NCBI GenBank assembly: GCA_965235115.1
Contig: OZ249436.1
Span: 27,468,001-27,532,000 of the forward strand
DNA length: 64,000 nt
DNA from: Laetmonice hystrix
Lineage: Eukaryota
Direction of reading: 5' to 3'
Position 1 is the stretch's first letter. Each line of letters begins with the position of its first letter. The position numbers were made by a program, and so were the translations under genes. This document shows positions 25,402-37,972 of this stretch, one piece after another. The notes beneath the pieces are model-generated. The model did no database searches and was not told the origin of the DNA. It saw nothing but the letters and a program-made list of their open reading frames with translations.

Positions 25402-25769
25402 GAGTAGTTGGATATATCACTAGATTTATAATATGGAGTTGTTGGATATATCACTAGATTTATAATATGGAGTTGTTGGATATATCACTTGATTTATAGT
25501 ATGGAGTTGTTGGATATATCACTTGATTTATAGTATGGAGTTGTTGGATATATCACTTGATTTATAGTATGGAGTTGTTGGATATATCACTTAATTTATA
25601 ATATGGAGTTGTTGGATATATCACTTGATTTATAATATGGAGTTGTTGGATATATCACTTGATTTATAGTATGGAGTTGTTGGATATATCACTTAATTTA
25701 TAATATGGAGTTGTTGAATATATCACTTGATTTATAATATGGAGTTGTTGGATATATCACTTGATTTAT
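25402..25769. repeat. AT-rich minisatellite, 34-bp unit, ~11 copies
   Basis: Unit TATAATATGGAGTTGTTGGATATATCACTTGATT; period 34 (25441 to 25475). A detached half-unit lies at 25259-25280. Confidence 0.97.
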
Positions 25770-26211
25770 GACATGAAGTCACTAACTGCCTCACATGACA
25801 CTCTTCCATATTCAGGAGTATTCCTATCATATGATAAAATATAAATAACATTATGGAAGTCTTGATAGGCGGGAACAGGCGTCATTCTCTATTTTTGTAA
25901 CTAATTAACATTGGGTTACTCCACCTCATTAGTTCGGGGGGGGGGGGTGTCTTGGCTGCTTCCACCTAGAGTTTACCTCAGAACCTAGAAGCGCTTTACC
26001 ATATGTGACATAATATTATAACCATTACATATCTACTCCATCATCTCGAAGAGCATTCCAATGAGAACCCAAAACCTACCACCCTTATTAGTTTTTTAAT
26101 AAGGTCATTGGTGCGGATTTAGGTCACATACTGGATACACACCCATATACTCGCATCATTCATGGCTCTCACACTGCCAGGCTCTGTAGGCAAAGGTCAA
26201 CCGTTATAACA

Positions 26212-28362
26212 ATCCCTCTCACCCACCCGTCTGTATGGTATACATGGACATCCCTCCCACCCGTCTGTATGGTATACATGGACATCCCTCCCACCCGTCT
26301 GTATGGTATACATGGACATCCCTCCCACCCGTCTGTATGGTATACATGGACATCCCTCTCACCCACCCGTCTGTATGGTATACATGGACATCCCTCTCAC
26401 CCACCTGTCTGTATGGTATACATGGACATCCCTCTCACCCACCCGTCTGTATGGTATACATGGACATCCCTCTCACCCACCCGTCTGTATGGTATACATG
26501 GACATCCCTCTCACCCACCCGTCTGTATGGTATACATGGACATCCCTCTCACCCACCCGTCTGTATGGTATACATGGACATCCCTCTCACCCACCTGTCT
26601 GTATGGTATACATGGACATCCCTCTCACCCACCCGTCTGTATGGTATACATGGACATCCCTCTCACCCACCCGTCTGTATGGTATACATGGACATCCCTC
26701 TGACCCACCCGTCTGTATGGTATACATGGACATCCCTCTCACCCACCTGTCTGTATGGTATACACGGACATCCCTCCCACCCGTCTGTATGGTATACATA
26801 GACATCCCTCTCACCCACCCGTCTGTATGGTATACATGGACATCCCTCTCACCCACCCGTCTGTATGGTATACATGGACATCCCTCTCACCCACCCGTCT
26901 GTATGGTATACATGGACATCCCGCTCACCCACCCGTCTGTATGGTATACATGGACATCCCTCTCACCCACCCGTCTGTATGGTATACATGGACATCCCTC
27001 TCACCCACCCGTCTGTATGGTATACATGGACACCCCTCTCACCCACCCGTCTGTATGGTATACATGGACATCCCTCTCACCCACCCGTCTGTATGGTATA
27101 CATGGACATCCCTCTCACCCACCCGTCTGTATGGTATACATGGACATCCCTCTCACCCACCTGTCTGTATGGTATACATGGACATCCCTCTCACCCACCC
27201 GTCTGTATGGTATACATGGACATCCCTCTCACCCACCCGTCTGTATGGTATACATGGACATCCCTCTCACCCACCTGTCTGTATGGTATACATGGACATC
27301 CCTCTCACCCACCCGTCTGTATGGTATACATGGACATCCCTCTCACCCACCCGTCTGTATGGTATACATGGACATCCCTCTGACCCACCCGTCTGTATGG
27401 TATACATGGACATCCCTCTCACCCACCTGTCTGTATGGTATACACGGACATCCCTCCCACCCGTCTGTATGGTATACATGGACATCCCTCTCACCCACCC
27501 GTCTGTATGGTATACATGGACATCCCTCTCACCCACCCGTCTGTATGGTATACATGGACATCCCTCTCACCCACCCGTCTGTATGGTATACATGGACATC
27601 CCGCTCACCCACCCGTCTGTATGGTATACATGGACATCCCTCTCACCCACCCGTCTGTATGGTATACATGGACATCCCTCTCACCCACCCGTCTGTATGG
27701 TATACATGGACACCCCTCTCACCCACCCGTCTGTATGGTATACATGGACATCCCTCTCACCCACCCGTCTGTATGGTATACATGGACATCCCTCTCACCC
27801 ACCCGTCTGTATGGTATACATGGACATCCCTCTCACCCACCTGTCTGTATGGTATACATGGACATCCCTCTCACCCACCCGTCTGTATGGTATACATGGA
27901 CATCCCTCTCACCCACCCGTCTGTATGGTATACATGGACATCCCTCTCACCCACCCGTCTGTATGGTATACATGGACATCCCTCTCACCCACCTGTCTGT
28001 ATGGTATACACGGACATCCCTCTCACCCACCCGTCTGTATGGTATACATGGACATCCCTCTCACCCACCCGTCTGTATGGTATACATGGACATCCCTCTC
28101 ACCCACCTGTCTGTATGGTATACATGGACATCCCTCTCACCCACCCGTCTGTATGGTATACATGGACATCCCTCTCACCCACCTGTCTGTATGGTATACA
28201 TGGACATCCCTCTCACCCACCCGTCTGTATGGTATACATGGACATCCCTCTCACCCACCCGTCTGTATGGTATACATGGACATCCCTCTCACCCACCCGT
28301 CTGTATGGTATACATGGACATCCCTCTCACCCACCCGTCTGTATGGTATACATGGACATCCC
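26212..28362. repeat. Minisatellite, 38-bp unit (few 34 bp), ~57 copies, with a 680-bp higher-order duplication
   Basis: Unit CCCACCCGTCTGTATGGTATACATGGACATCCCTCTCA. It explains the 726-aa, 544-aa and other ORFs here. Confidence 0.99.
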
Positions 28363-29710
28363 ACGGCGATTGCAAATAAGGGCAGTTAATAGATCGAGAC
28401 AATGTCAATACGATGTAAAGTCCACGCGTGAAGGTCGGTCGATATTTTTCGTCCTGCTAGGACCAATATGGAATGTTATGTAATTAAATGATACAGCGAT
28501 GTAGTATTACGATCGTGGTCAAGCGAGTTGTCAGAAACTAACACCCAAACAGTGTGGTGCATTATAATTCCATGTTTTCGTAATTTCATAAATCGCCAAT
28601 TTGATCGGACAACCCAGTATTATGGCGTCATTAGCACCAAGCGACAATATTGATTGACAGGGCTGAAGTCGAGGTCGGGGTCGACGGCGGGTGATGGGGG
28701 TGGTGGCGGGGGTGGGGGCGACCCGGGGCCTGCCAAGTGGCAGCCCGTTCCATTGTGATCCTGGGGTCCGTATTAAGGGCTGCCCGCGGAAGCGAATTTC
28801 CTCCGGCGCGCTGGCCGTAATAAAGTGACAATAATGCCATGTAACCTACAGGGATCAGCGCCTGCTCGACAGCCTGTGTCAACACTGAGCTAGTATTCGA
28901 TTGAAACCGGGGTCGACGACACACGCCAGGCCCCGGCACCGCTTCGATTGCTTTCCAAAAATGGTACCCGATCTCCAGAATATTTGAAGGGAGCACGCAT
29001 ACATTATAGATCGGGATCTATTATTTTAGAATTTGGCGGAGTTAGGGCCGAGGGGGGGGGGGGGGAGTCTTAGAGCGGAGCCTGACAAAGAAAGCAGTTG
29101 TCCTATAGGATCAGTTCATGAAGCGGCATTTAAATGCATGGGGGTGGGGAAGACTTGGGGGGGGGGGGGTAGCCCCCTGGATACGTCTCTGTAATCCTGA
29201 GTCGATTTTTTATATAGGCCTACATATAATAAATAATGTGTACTTGGATGATTTGAGAGTTAGAATATAGATTGTGCCAGCTGCAGTTTACCATGGGTCT
29301 GTTTTATGCTAAATATATTAAAACCACTTACACTATAACTTAAATACAGCACCATATTGTTAGTTCATTGTTCAAGAATGATTTGAATTATATACAGAAG
29401 GGTTCCTAATTATTATATTAACAGCAAATCTACTCGCCATACGTTATTATCAACCTACAAATAGCTTTAGCATAATCATAACACAGCTTAAAGCGGTCAA
29501 CTACACCAAGGGGCATGTAAAAAGTCGCAGTGCTTTTATAAGAGAATTTCCCAAACCGTATAATGCAGCAAAGCATTCTGTCGTATAGCTATATACATGC
29601 AGTAATGCAAGGGGGCCTCTAAGGGACAATAGGTTTGATATGAGGAGTGGAATAAAAAAAACTGAGTTATGACAGCCTGCAATAGCACGGACGATCAGAG
29701 TACATTGTAC

Positions 29711-30074
29711 AGTAGCACTCCAAGATCCGAGTATCCATATATATTTATATAGTAGCACTCAGAGTACCACAAACATATCTCCATATCTATTTATAATAGT
29801 AGCACTCCAAGATCCGAGTACCACAAACATATCTTAATATCTATTTATATAGTAGCACTCAGAGTACCACAAACATTTCTCCATATCTATTTTTATATAG
29901 TAGCACTCCAAGATCCGAGTACCACAAACATATCTTAATATCTATTTATATAGTCGCACTCAAAGAACGGAGTACCAGAAACATGATCTCCATATCTATT
30001 TATAATAGTAGCACTCCAAGATCCGAGTACCACAAACATTATCTACATATCTATTTATAATAGTAGCACTCCAA
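29711..30074. repeat. AT-rich tandem repeat of related ~47- and ~53-bp units (~100-bp dimer)
   Basis: AGTAGCACTC(CAAGATCC or A)GAGTACCACAAACATATCT..ATATCTATTTATA recurs about 7 times. Short units start at 29751 and 29851. Confidence 0.93.
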
Positions 30075-33000
30075 GGCTCAAGAGGAAGTGTATAAGGCAC
30101 ATGGTGGTTGATCCCGTCATAATGAAATCCTATCAAAGAAAGGTTTATGGAAAACTCGCCTGAGTCCAGGAATCTGCACTAATACTGAGTCGTGCTAACT
30201 ATCGTCTTATGTAATTTATATCGTATGATAACCTACTCTTTCGCTTCCATTTCCAACATTATTATTATGTTACAGTGGCGTTCCAGAGGGGTAATCCATC
30301 CCTCTGTGTTGGCTGAGAGCCCCCCCCCCTCCCCCCTCCAACCTCGACCGTCTCTCGGCACGCTACCTCACATGACGACCGTTATTAACATATGCTAATC
30401 AAAGCCAGCCGGTCAGTTACCCGGGCCGGGCGATGACACGGCCAATGTTCACCGTTACCCGGCCAACCGACCCTCCCTGCCGGCGACTCTAACGCCTGAT
30501 TAAGCTGACCACGGCGGCCGATTGGCTCCGCTACAATTGTTCGTTATTGGCCCACCGCCCGACGACTTCACACGACCACTCACGCAAAAACGGATTGTCG
30601 ACCGAGCATCTCTCCACAAAGGCCATTACCCTTTGCCTGGCCGTCAGTTTGTGATAGATATGAATAGTAAATAAGGCCCGCTCAGACAGCCCTATAATTC
30701 TTATTTATTGCCCGAGTTTTAATGTCTTTCATGGTGAATGGGATTATAACAGCTCAAAGGATTATCAAAGTGGGCGTAGTTACAAATCGCCTTGCACTCC
30801 TATCTCCTGAAGGTGACATTCAGTGTGCGGGTCAACCCGTATAATGGCCGCATATTATAAAGAGGGGGTTATGCCCTTAATGCTTTATGTCTTCAAGAAA
30901 AACATTTTCCCATGTGTTTTTCCTATTAAGAAACCTGTGTATTTCTGCTGATCGTCAAGCCTAAGGCAGTCAGGCGGCCAAGTTTTACCGCCACCACATC
31001 ATTATTTTGGTGTGCTACTCGTGGTTTGTTCCTAATTAGCCCCCCGAGTCCTTTTCTTGGCGACAAAGCATTGGGGAGCTCGATATGATGATTAAATTCA
31101 TGCCATCAAAGGACTGACTTCACCTGCTCGAGACACAGTACATTCACCGTCATTTCACAGGTCAGCCCTTGGACCTCTTCCAAGCGTGTTGAACCTACTG
31201 CGGCAATTTGTTTCCCACGAGAATCAAACATGTTTGTTTTTTACCAGAACTAGACTGAGTGGTTAGAGACATCTCAGCACATCTTACAAAAACGTCGCTT
31301 TGCATGTGGGAAGCCTTCAGCTGTGGCGTCGATAGAGATCAAGTATATATCAGGTACGTCGATGGTTAGAAACCATAGCTATAGATGTCTCAGCTAAAGA
31401 AACTGACTCCCCCTCCCCTTTTCAGCCAGACTATAGATCTAGAAATTGATTACAAAATTACAATATCCGCCAATAAAAAAAATCCCTGCTGCGTATAAGC
31501 AGCTTACAAAAAGGCTCCAACGTTCATCCCCTACGCACCCTCCCTCTTTTTGCTGGTAACAAAACAACCCTGGTTGCCTTGTCCAAGCCTGAAGAGTTGC
31601 ACCCCCTCCCGTCTCGCAACCCTCCAACCACCCCTCCTCCCTTGGCGGACAGTACTTTCCCTGATTAAACACGCCCAATGGTTACCTCCTCATTGCATAT
31701 TCCATTTGGGTAATAGCTCTCGCCAGAACCATTGTCTCCACTGTTGAGCGGGCTGGACTCGCCATGTCAATGGCCTCTAGACATGCGCGTGCACACCCCT
31801 ATTTTAAACGACTCGCTCGCAACGATTCTCTCTCTCTCCCCCCTCCTGTGTTCAGCATCTGCTGTTCTCGTATTTCATCCTTCAAAGCCTCACAGTGTTT
31901 AAATTGCGTGTCGCACACGCAGACTGGCATGTGGGATGTGCATTGTACTATTCTGATAGCCATTGCATATCCCATCATGTTAATAAAGGCATGACATTCA
32001 ATTTCCTCGCTACAATGCCATGTCGGCAACTGAAATATGTTTAATGGAAATATGGCTGGTAATGAACTGTTGTGTGTGATGTGTGTGTGATGTGTGTGTG
32101 ATGTGTGGGGGTGTATGCCGGTCGTTATATTACTGTTATCTCCGCCCTTGCTACATGACCAACGAGTTGTATATGAATCGAAGCTTACGGAAACAGTTGA
32201 CCTACGTGTTTGGCTCGTGTCATACACCGATATTGGAGAACCAACTGTTAAACAGAGGAAATATTGCTAAAAAAAACCCAGAGAACATTTCCAACACGGA
32301 TAGAGGAGTGTATCGAGGGGCCCAGGCATAATAAGCGTGTATCAGTTGTTCAGAAGTATACTATTAACAGCACTTTCACGCCCCCCCCCTCCATCTCAGG
32401 ATTGACCTTGTAATTAACGCGACCTTTCGTATTAATATTGATGCTTTGAATAGAAATTTCAATAGAATATTAGTGTCATTGCCCTGAGAAAAGATCTAAA
32501 TAAGCGATTATACTACGAGACATTATTGATATAGTAAAATTGATCTTTTAAATTAAAGGTCTCTTGTGAAACAACCAAGAATGTAAACTGTCCAAAAGCT
32601 AACACTGATTAGATGGTGATGTGATCTCCCTCTCTCCCCAACAACAATTTACAGAAGCATTGAAATCATTGTTAGAAACGATAATGTGTTTTATTTGGCA
32701 CTACTGTAATATGTAAATCCCAAGTCCTATAAATAGATTCCCCTAGATGTTTGTAACCATTATAAAGGAGCACGTCCGAGTAAGTCTCGTTAAGCTATGA
32801 AGGAACAATAGGAAAACTTACTGAACTCATTACTGCACAATTTGTCTCCTGTTTCCTAGTCAGCATTATTGATCCAGTCAGTCAACTGGAGTAATCGACG
32901 GTACAAATAGGAACTTGTGTGTCTGCACCATGTGCAAGTATCAGGATAACATATACGAGGTTCTGAATGACTAATCCAAACCTTGCTGTTAGTTAGTATC

Positions 33001-35022
33001 ACAGGTTCAATGAGTAAAACTAGTGACGATTAGTCAGACGAATTTTTATGTATCTTCACTTTTTCTATTTGTATTATGATTCAAATAGGACCTTAATTAA
33101 TTTTGGTAAATTAATGACATATTATGGACTAAAACCGAACGGTCTATTTCGTAATAAAGAACCACATAACAATGATTAATTCGTAAATGTTTGCTCAGAT
33201 TAATGAAGACATGCGGAACTTTGCCATAAATGTTAGGTTAAAGTGAAATGGGCAGACATTTTATGCATGCACTGATACACAAACTAGGCCTAATTCCCTC
33301 TTTTAAAGAAACACAACATATAGATACAGGCGCTTAAACTGAAGGCACCATCTGTAAAGTATGCCGGCCAAAACCTCACCCCCTCCCTATTTCAACAGAA
33401 ACTACACTTATAGGTTTTTTGCCCATGTCAAATACTGCCCCAGAAATGAACCATGAGATACAAGCGTCATGCAAGCGTCACCGTGGCCCGTCAGTTCGAT
33501 AATGGCCGTCTCCGCCCTCCACCTAATGGCTCATAATTTATTAAACACACCGCGTCAAACATCTTGACGGTTGTTGGCTTCCTCGACGCTGGCTGATTGC
33601 ACGCTGATGTGGGCGAAGCCTTTAGTCTTTCCTCGCTCCCGAAATGGCTCACAGAGCAGTCGGGTCTCTAATCTAGCTGTACCAAGCGTACATAAAATCC
33701 ACCCTTAATTCTCCCACTCGGGGCTGACTGGCAATGTGTTAAAGAAGTACATGAAGTTTGTCCATCAACCTCCCCCGCCCAAAAAAAAGAGAATTTGAAT
33801 CGTAACCATCATGTCTTTCTGATTGGGTTGGTATAAATAGATTTCCTGGTCGTGGGCCCCAAACTTGAGAAGAATAGATGGGTACTACTTCCAATTCGGT
33901 CCGAATTGGTGAATGTTTACAAACAAGTCACAACCTGTACACCTTTATTCACTTGCTTTGTTTACATCCTCAAATTTATAGATACTCTTCTTCTAAGGTT
34001 TGCGGTCCTTGCACGACCAAAAGATTATTTTAAACGTATAATAAATATCAGAGCTATACATTTGAAACATGAGTTTTTTTTTCAGTTGATCCATGGATGT
34101 AATTCACGTGCCCCTTTAACTTGCATATATTATACACAACGATCAGGATCAGCCTGATCAGTATTTGATCCATGTATACTAGTAGACCAATATGTATAGG
34201 AGGGAATAGGTCACACCATCGTTAGGTTGACAGGACTTCGAATGTTTGCCAGTTTAATGGTTTTCTAAATACGCCCCAGGCATTGATGATATCAATGTGG
34301 GAAGGTTATTCAGATGCAGGTGTAATTTATTTCATCGAACAGATATGAGTTCCGATAAGTGTCAACTGCAAATGGGAACCTAAATCTTTCACTTGCTCTG
34401 CAGTGTTGCGTCGTTTTAGGGTTGGCCATAAAATTCTGCACGCGGAATTTTATAGACACACGATAAAGTCATGTCTAGATACGCCCTATGCGTGACATGT
34501 CAGATATGTGCCGTTTCTAGGAAATATGTCAATGTTTATTGCCACATGTGCGGTTCTTTAAAAAAAACAGGTACAGCCAGTAGACTCTATACACACACAA
34601 CACATCTCTCGAAATAACGACCCAATCGTGCGTGTATTGCGCAATCGATTGAATCGTGCGTAACATGAAAAATCACTGCGTAATCGGACAATCGAAGTCT
34701 GTCAGCGTTCGCATGTCGTGTCGTCTGCAGTAATCACGTCGTCATAGTTTCTTCTTTATGAGGACGCGTGTGTGACTGTGTTCCATTAATATTATTATTT
34801 ATAGTTTTATTATTTACGGCCTCGCCGTCGTTGTGAATAACTGCCTGTGCATGGGAAAACACTCTCAGGGTGACGTGCGAAAACAACTACTGGTGTGGAT
34901 AGCAGTTATATGCCCCAATTAACCGTTTTGCATTTCAGGGCAAACAGAACATCGAATAGGCCTAGATTGTGGGCGAGAAGAGAGGGCATGGGGACAAATG
35001 GAAGGTGTAGTGGTATTTGCAA

Positions 35023-35144
35023 ATAACCTCTGTGACACTAGCTTGTTCTCTATGTATAGTATTCCACCAGAGGGAGTTACACGATAACCTCTGTGACACT
35101 AGCATGCTCTCTATGTATAGTATTCCTTCAGAGGGAGTTACACG
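35023..35144. repeat. Two-copy 61-bp tandem duplication
   Basis: ATAACCTCTGTGACACTAGC...CAGAGGGAGTTACACG at 35023 and 35084, with a few mismatches. Confidence 0.92.
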
Positions 35145-36186
35145 AACTATTATTGATGAACATAGGAAGGGCTTGCATTGTGAACCAACATTATCATATA
35201 CAATACCTGATGGTATGTCTACACGTATGAGACTTGAATGAGAATAAGACTTGTTCCTGTGTATGTACAGATGTGTATGTATAATACGTCGTGGAGGTGT
35301 AGTAACATTGCCCCCCCCCCCAGCAAACCTGTCATATATCACAATGAAATACCACTCAGTGCTCAACAGTTTCTGACCTACAGCCGTTGAACTTGCTATA
35401 TAATGACTAATGAGGGATTTGGCATAGCTATTAAAACCACATAAAGAACATTATTTTTTATTAACCTGTCTCAGTCATGGCCATGATGTTTACATTGATA
35501 TTGGTTTGATCCTGGTCGAAAGCTTGAGAAAGGCATAACTTTATGCGTCTTATAATTGCTTGGATACTATAGTATATTTCTTGACATTCTTTTAAGACTC
35601 TTTAATGTTCTACACTTTTGTTGTTTGGGGAGACTCAAGGTCTGTCGTTAACTATTCCACTATTTATCGGTATTGATTTGGGGTGCACAGTGTTTACAGA
35701 GAAGTTCACAGACGGTGGGTAGTTGTGAGATATCTGCTTATCCTCTAAGTATGCTCCTCGGTATACAGGATCTACTTGTAAGTAAATACATTTTATTGCC
35801 ACCTACCGCTCCCCCCGCAGCAATGACCTACCGTTCCGTTAATATACTGGCGAGTACCTGTGCTCTCCACAAGTGTGGCCAGCCGAACAACGTGAACTAC
35901 TTCTTTTGTCCTGGCGCTGTCGACAGGTCACAGAAGTCACGTCACGCCGTCACGTACCCCACGTAAATATGAACGACCGGCGTTAAAACACAGACTGGAG
36001 ATTTCTTTAAATAACCTTGCGTGTGTAGCGGCGAAATTCACGGAATACAGTTTCAAAGTCCCTTTACGTGGGGCCGACAGCTCAGCTCAAGTCTCAGTTT
36101 AGTGACATCCACACTGTGTAAAAAACTACAACGTTAAATTTATCGTTATCTATGCAATTATCTATGCAGTGCAATTAAATTGGGGC

Positions 36187-36773
36187 GGTCCCACCATAAC
36201 GATACCTATAACGATGGCTCTGCATGGACAATCGTTATCGTTGTTATTGCTTCCAGAGCGATTTTTTCCACTGAAACGATCCAATATGACCTGGGCCTAT
36301 AGTACAGCTGTTTACGTCGGACGTCACACGAAGTATAAACCGACACGTTTATCTTCCCACCAAATTCATCAGAGACCTTTGACCAACCTTTCCTTGACAC
36401 TTATGGGCCGCCTGAACGTGATGACCTGCTTCTCCAGGTCATCATGGATTAGACAGAAAATATGTAATAAGTGGATTTCTATCATCCTGAAATACTGGAA
36501 GAACCGCATGAAACCTCGACCGTCTTTTCCTCTGTCGTCTCTTCAGTCTCCTGTACAAATCATCAGGAAAAAAAATCCACATCCTCATCACTGTTGGTCA
36601 TGTTTGACGCCAGGGTTGAAGATCTGACAAATGGGTGTGTGTTGTTTCGAAGGATGACCTGCAGCTGGTCACCACTGTCATTATCGTTGTGGTGTGGCCT
36701 GTTCAGTCCGAACGATTTATCGTTACCGTCTATAGTTATCTTTTATCGTTTTAGTTATCGTGTGACCCAGGCT
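36187..36773. mobile_element. Degenerate MITE-like remnant with ATAACGAT / ATCGTTAT subterminal repeats
   Basis: GGTCCCACCATAACGATA (36187) is inverted relative to TTATCGTTGTGGTGTGGCC (36681-36699). Clusters of TATCGTT-type motifs lie near both ends. Boundaries are uncertain. Confidence 0.4.
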
Positions 36774-37931
36774 TCCTCATTCTCTCCTGCCTTTCTTGCG
36801 ATGTGCCTTAGATGCATTACAAGGGGAAACGATTCAGTAATGCTTAAAAACTGTCAACAAGCAAGGATATATTTTCAAAAGGTCGCTTTTCTTTTTCTGC
36901 CTCTTTGATTTCAGAAGCGGAAGCCAGCTGTGTGTCTCTGTCTGTCTCTGTCTCTCTATGGTGTCTCGCCATGAAAAGCTTACAACCATCAACGCCTGTT
37001 GAGGGCCCTGAGGATTATGGTTGAGAAGGGGTGCCATCTCACACCTCGGCCAGCCTGCCCATGGCTACCCCCACCCTCCACCCGGGTCCATCCATCACCT
37101 GCTAATATTGACTGCTACTAACGCAAGGCTCCTGAGGACTGCCGCTTATACATAATGAACGCGACCTGGCGTTGGCTTCAACACGACAGATGTGAGGCTG
37201 CATATATAACGGTGGAGGCGCACGACTACACCCTGTTATTGGCCACTCCTTTACAACATGGCGTGAGCTCTATACAAAAACTGCTTATGGATATGTTCTC
37301 AGGTGATCGAGTGTAACTCGATTTGTTTTGTATTATATCATGAAATCTTTGAAATATACACACATATTCATGTTTTACACATTCGTATAATAACGTAATC
37401 ACCTGCATGCAAGACTGTATCCTAATATATTTGCGGCTATAGGTAACGAGGATTATTAGCTGGAACTGGATAAGTAAATAAATTATCCAAACATTAACCT
37501 GAAGTGGACACCTCCTATTGTTTTATTCCATTCACAGTCTTTACAAGATTAGTACCTAGAGGGTGGGAAGGTTGCATGAAGCAAAGACCGATTTGAGCCT
37601 GCTGGCCACAGGCCACAGACTGTTCTTTGGTAGACTTTATCTACAACCTTACCACACGGCCTTGACACTGATCACTATACTATAATTTCTTTCATATACA
37701 AATCACCATGCAATGCCTGTCGGCATGACTTTATAGAGGTTACAAAAACACGTTGTGGCGTCTCAAAAGAAGGCAGGCCAGGCTAACACGCATACAATTT
37801 GTCAGAATTGCAAAGACTAAATAATTTGGAATTGACACGCGGACCAAAAACAGCGTGGACCATGGGAACATAATTATATAGGCTACACATTGATAAAATA
37901 ACTGATTTAAAGGTATTTTTTGGTAATATTT

Positions 37932-37972
37932 GAGAGAGAGAGACAGACAGAGACAGAGACAGAGACAGAGAC
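37932..37972. repeat. (GA)n/(GAGACA)n microsatellite
   Basis: Directly visible. Confidence 0.9.

Noticed and set aside
20857..28362. CRISPR-like arrays (33-44 bp palindromic repeats)
   Set aside because: Units are directly head-to-tail with no unique spacers, no cas genes are present and the context is eukaryotic.
26235..28483. 726-aa, 544-aa and related ORFs
   Set aside because: A 38-bp unit cycling through all three frames; a repeat artefact.
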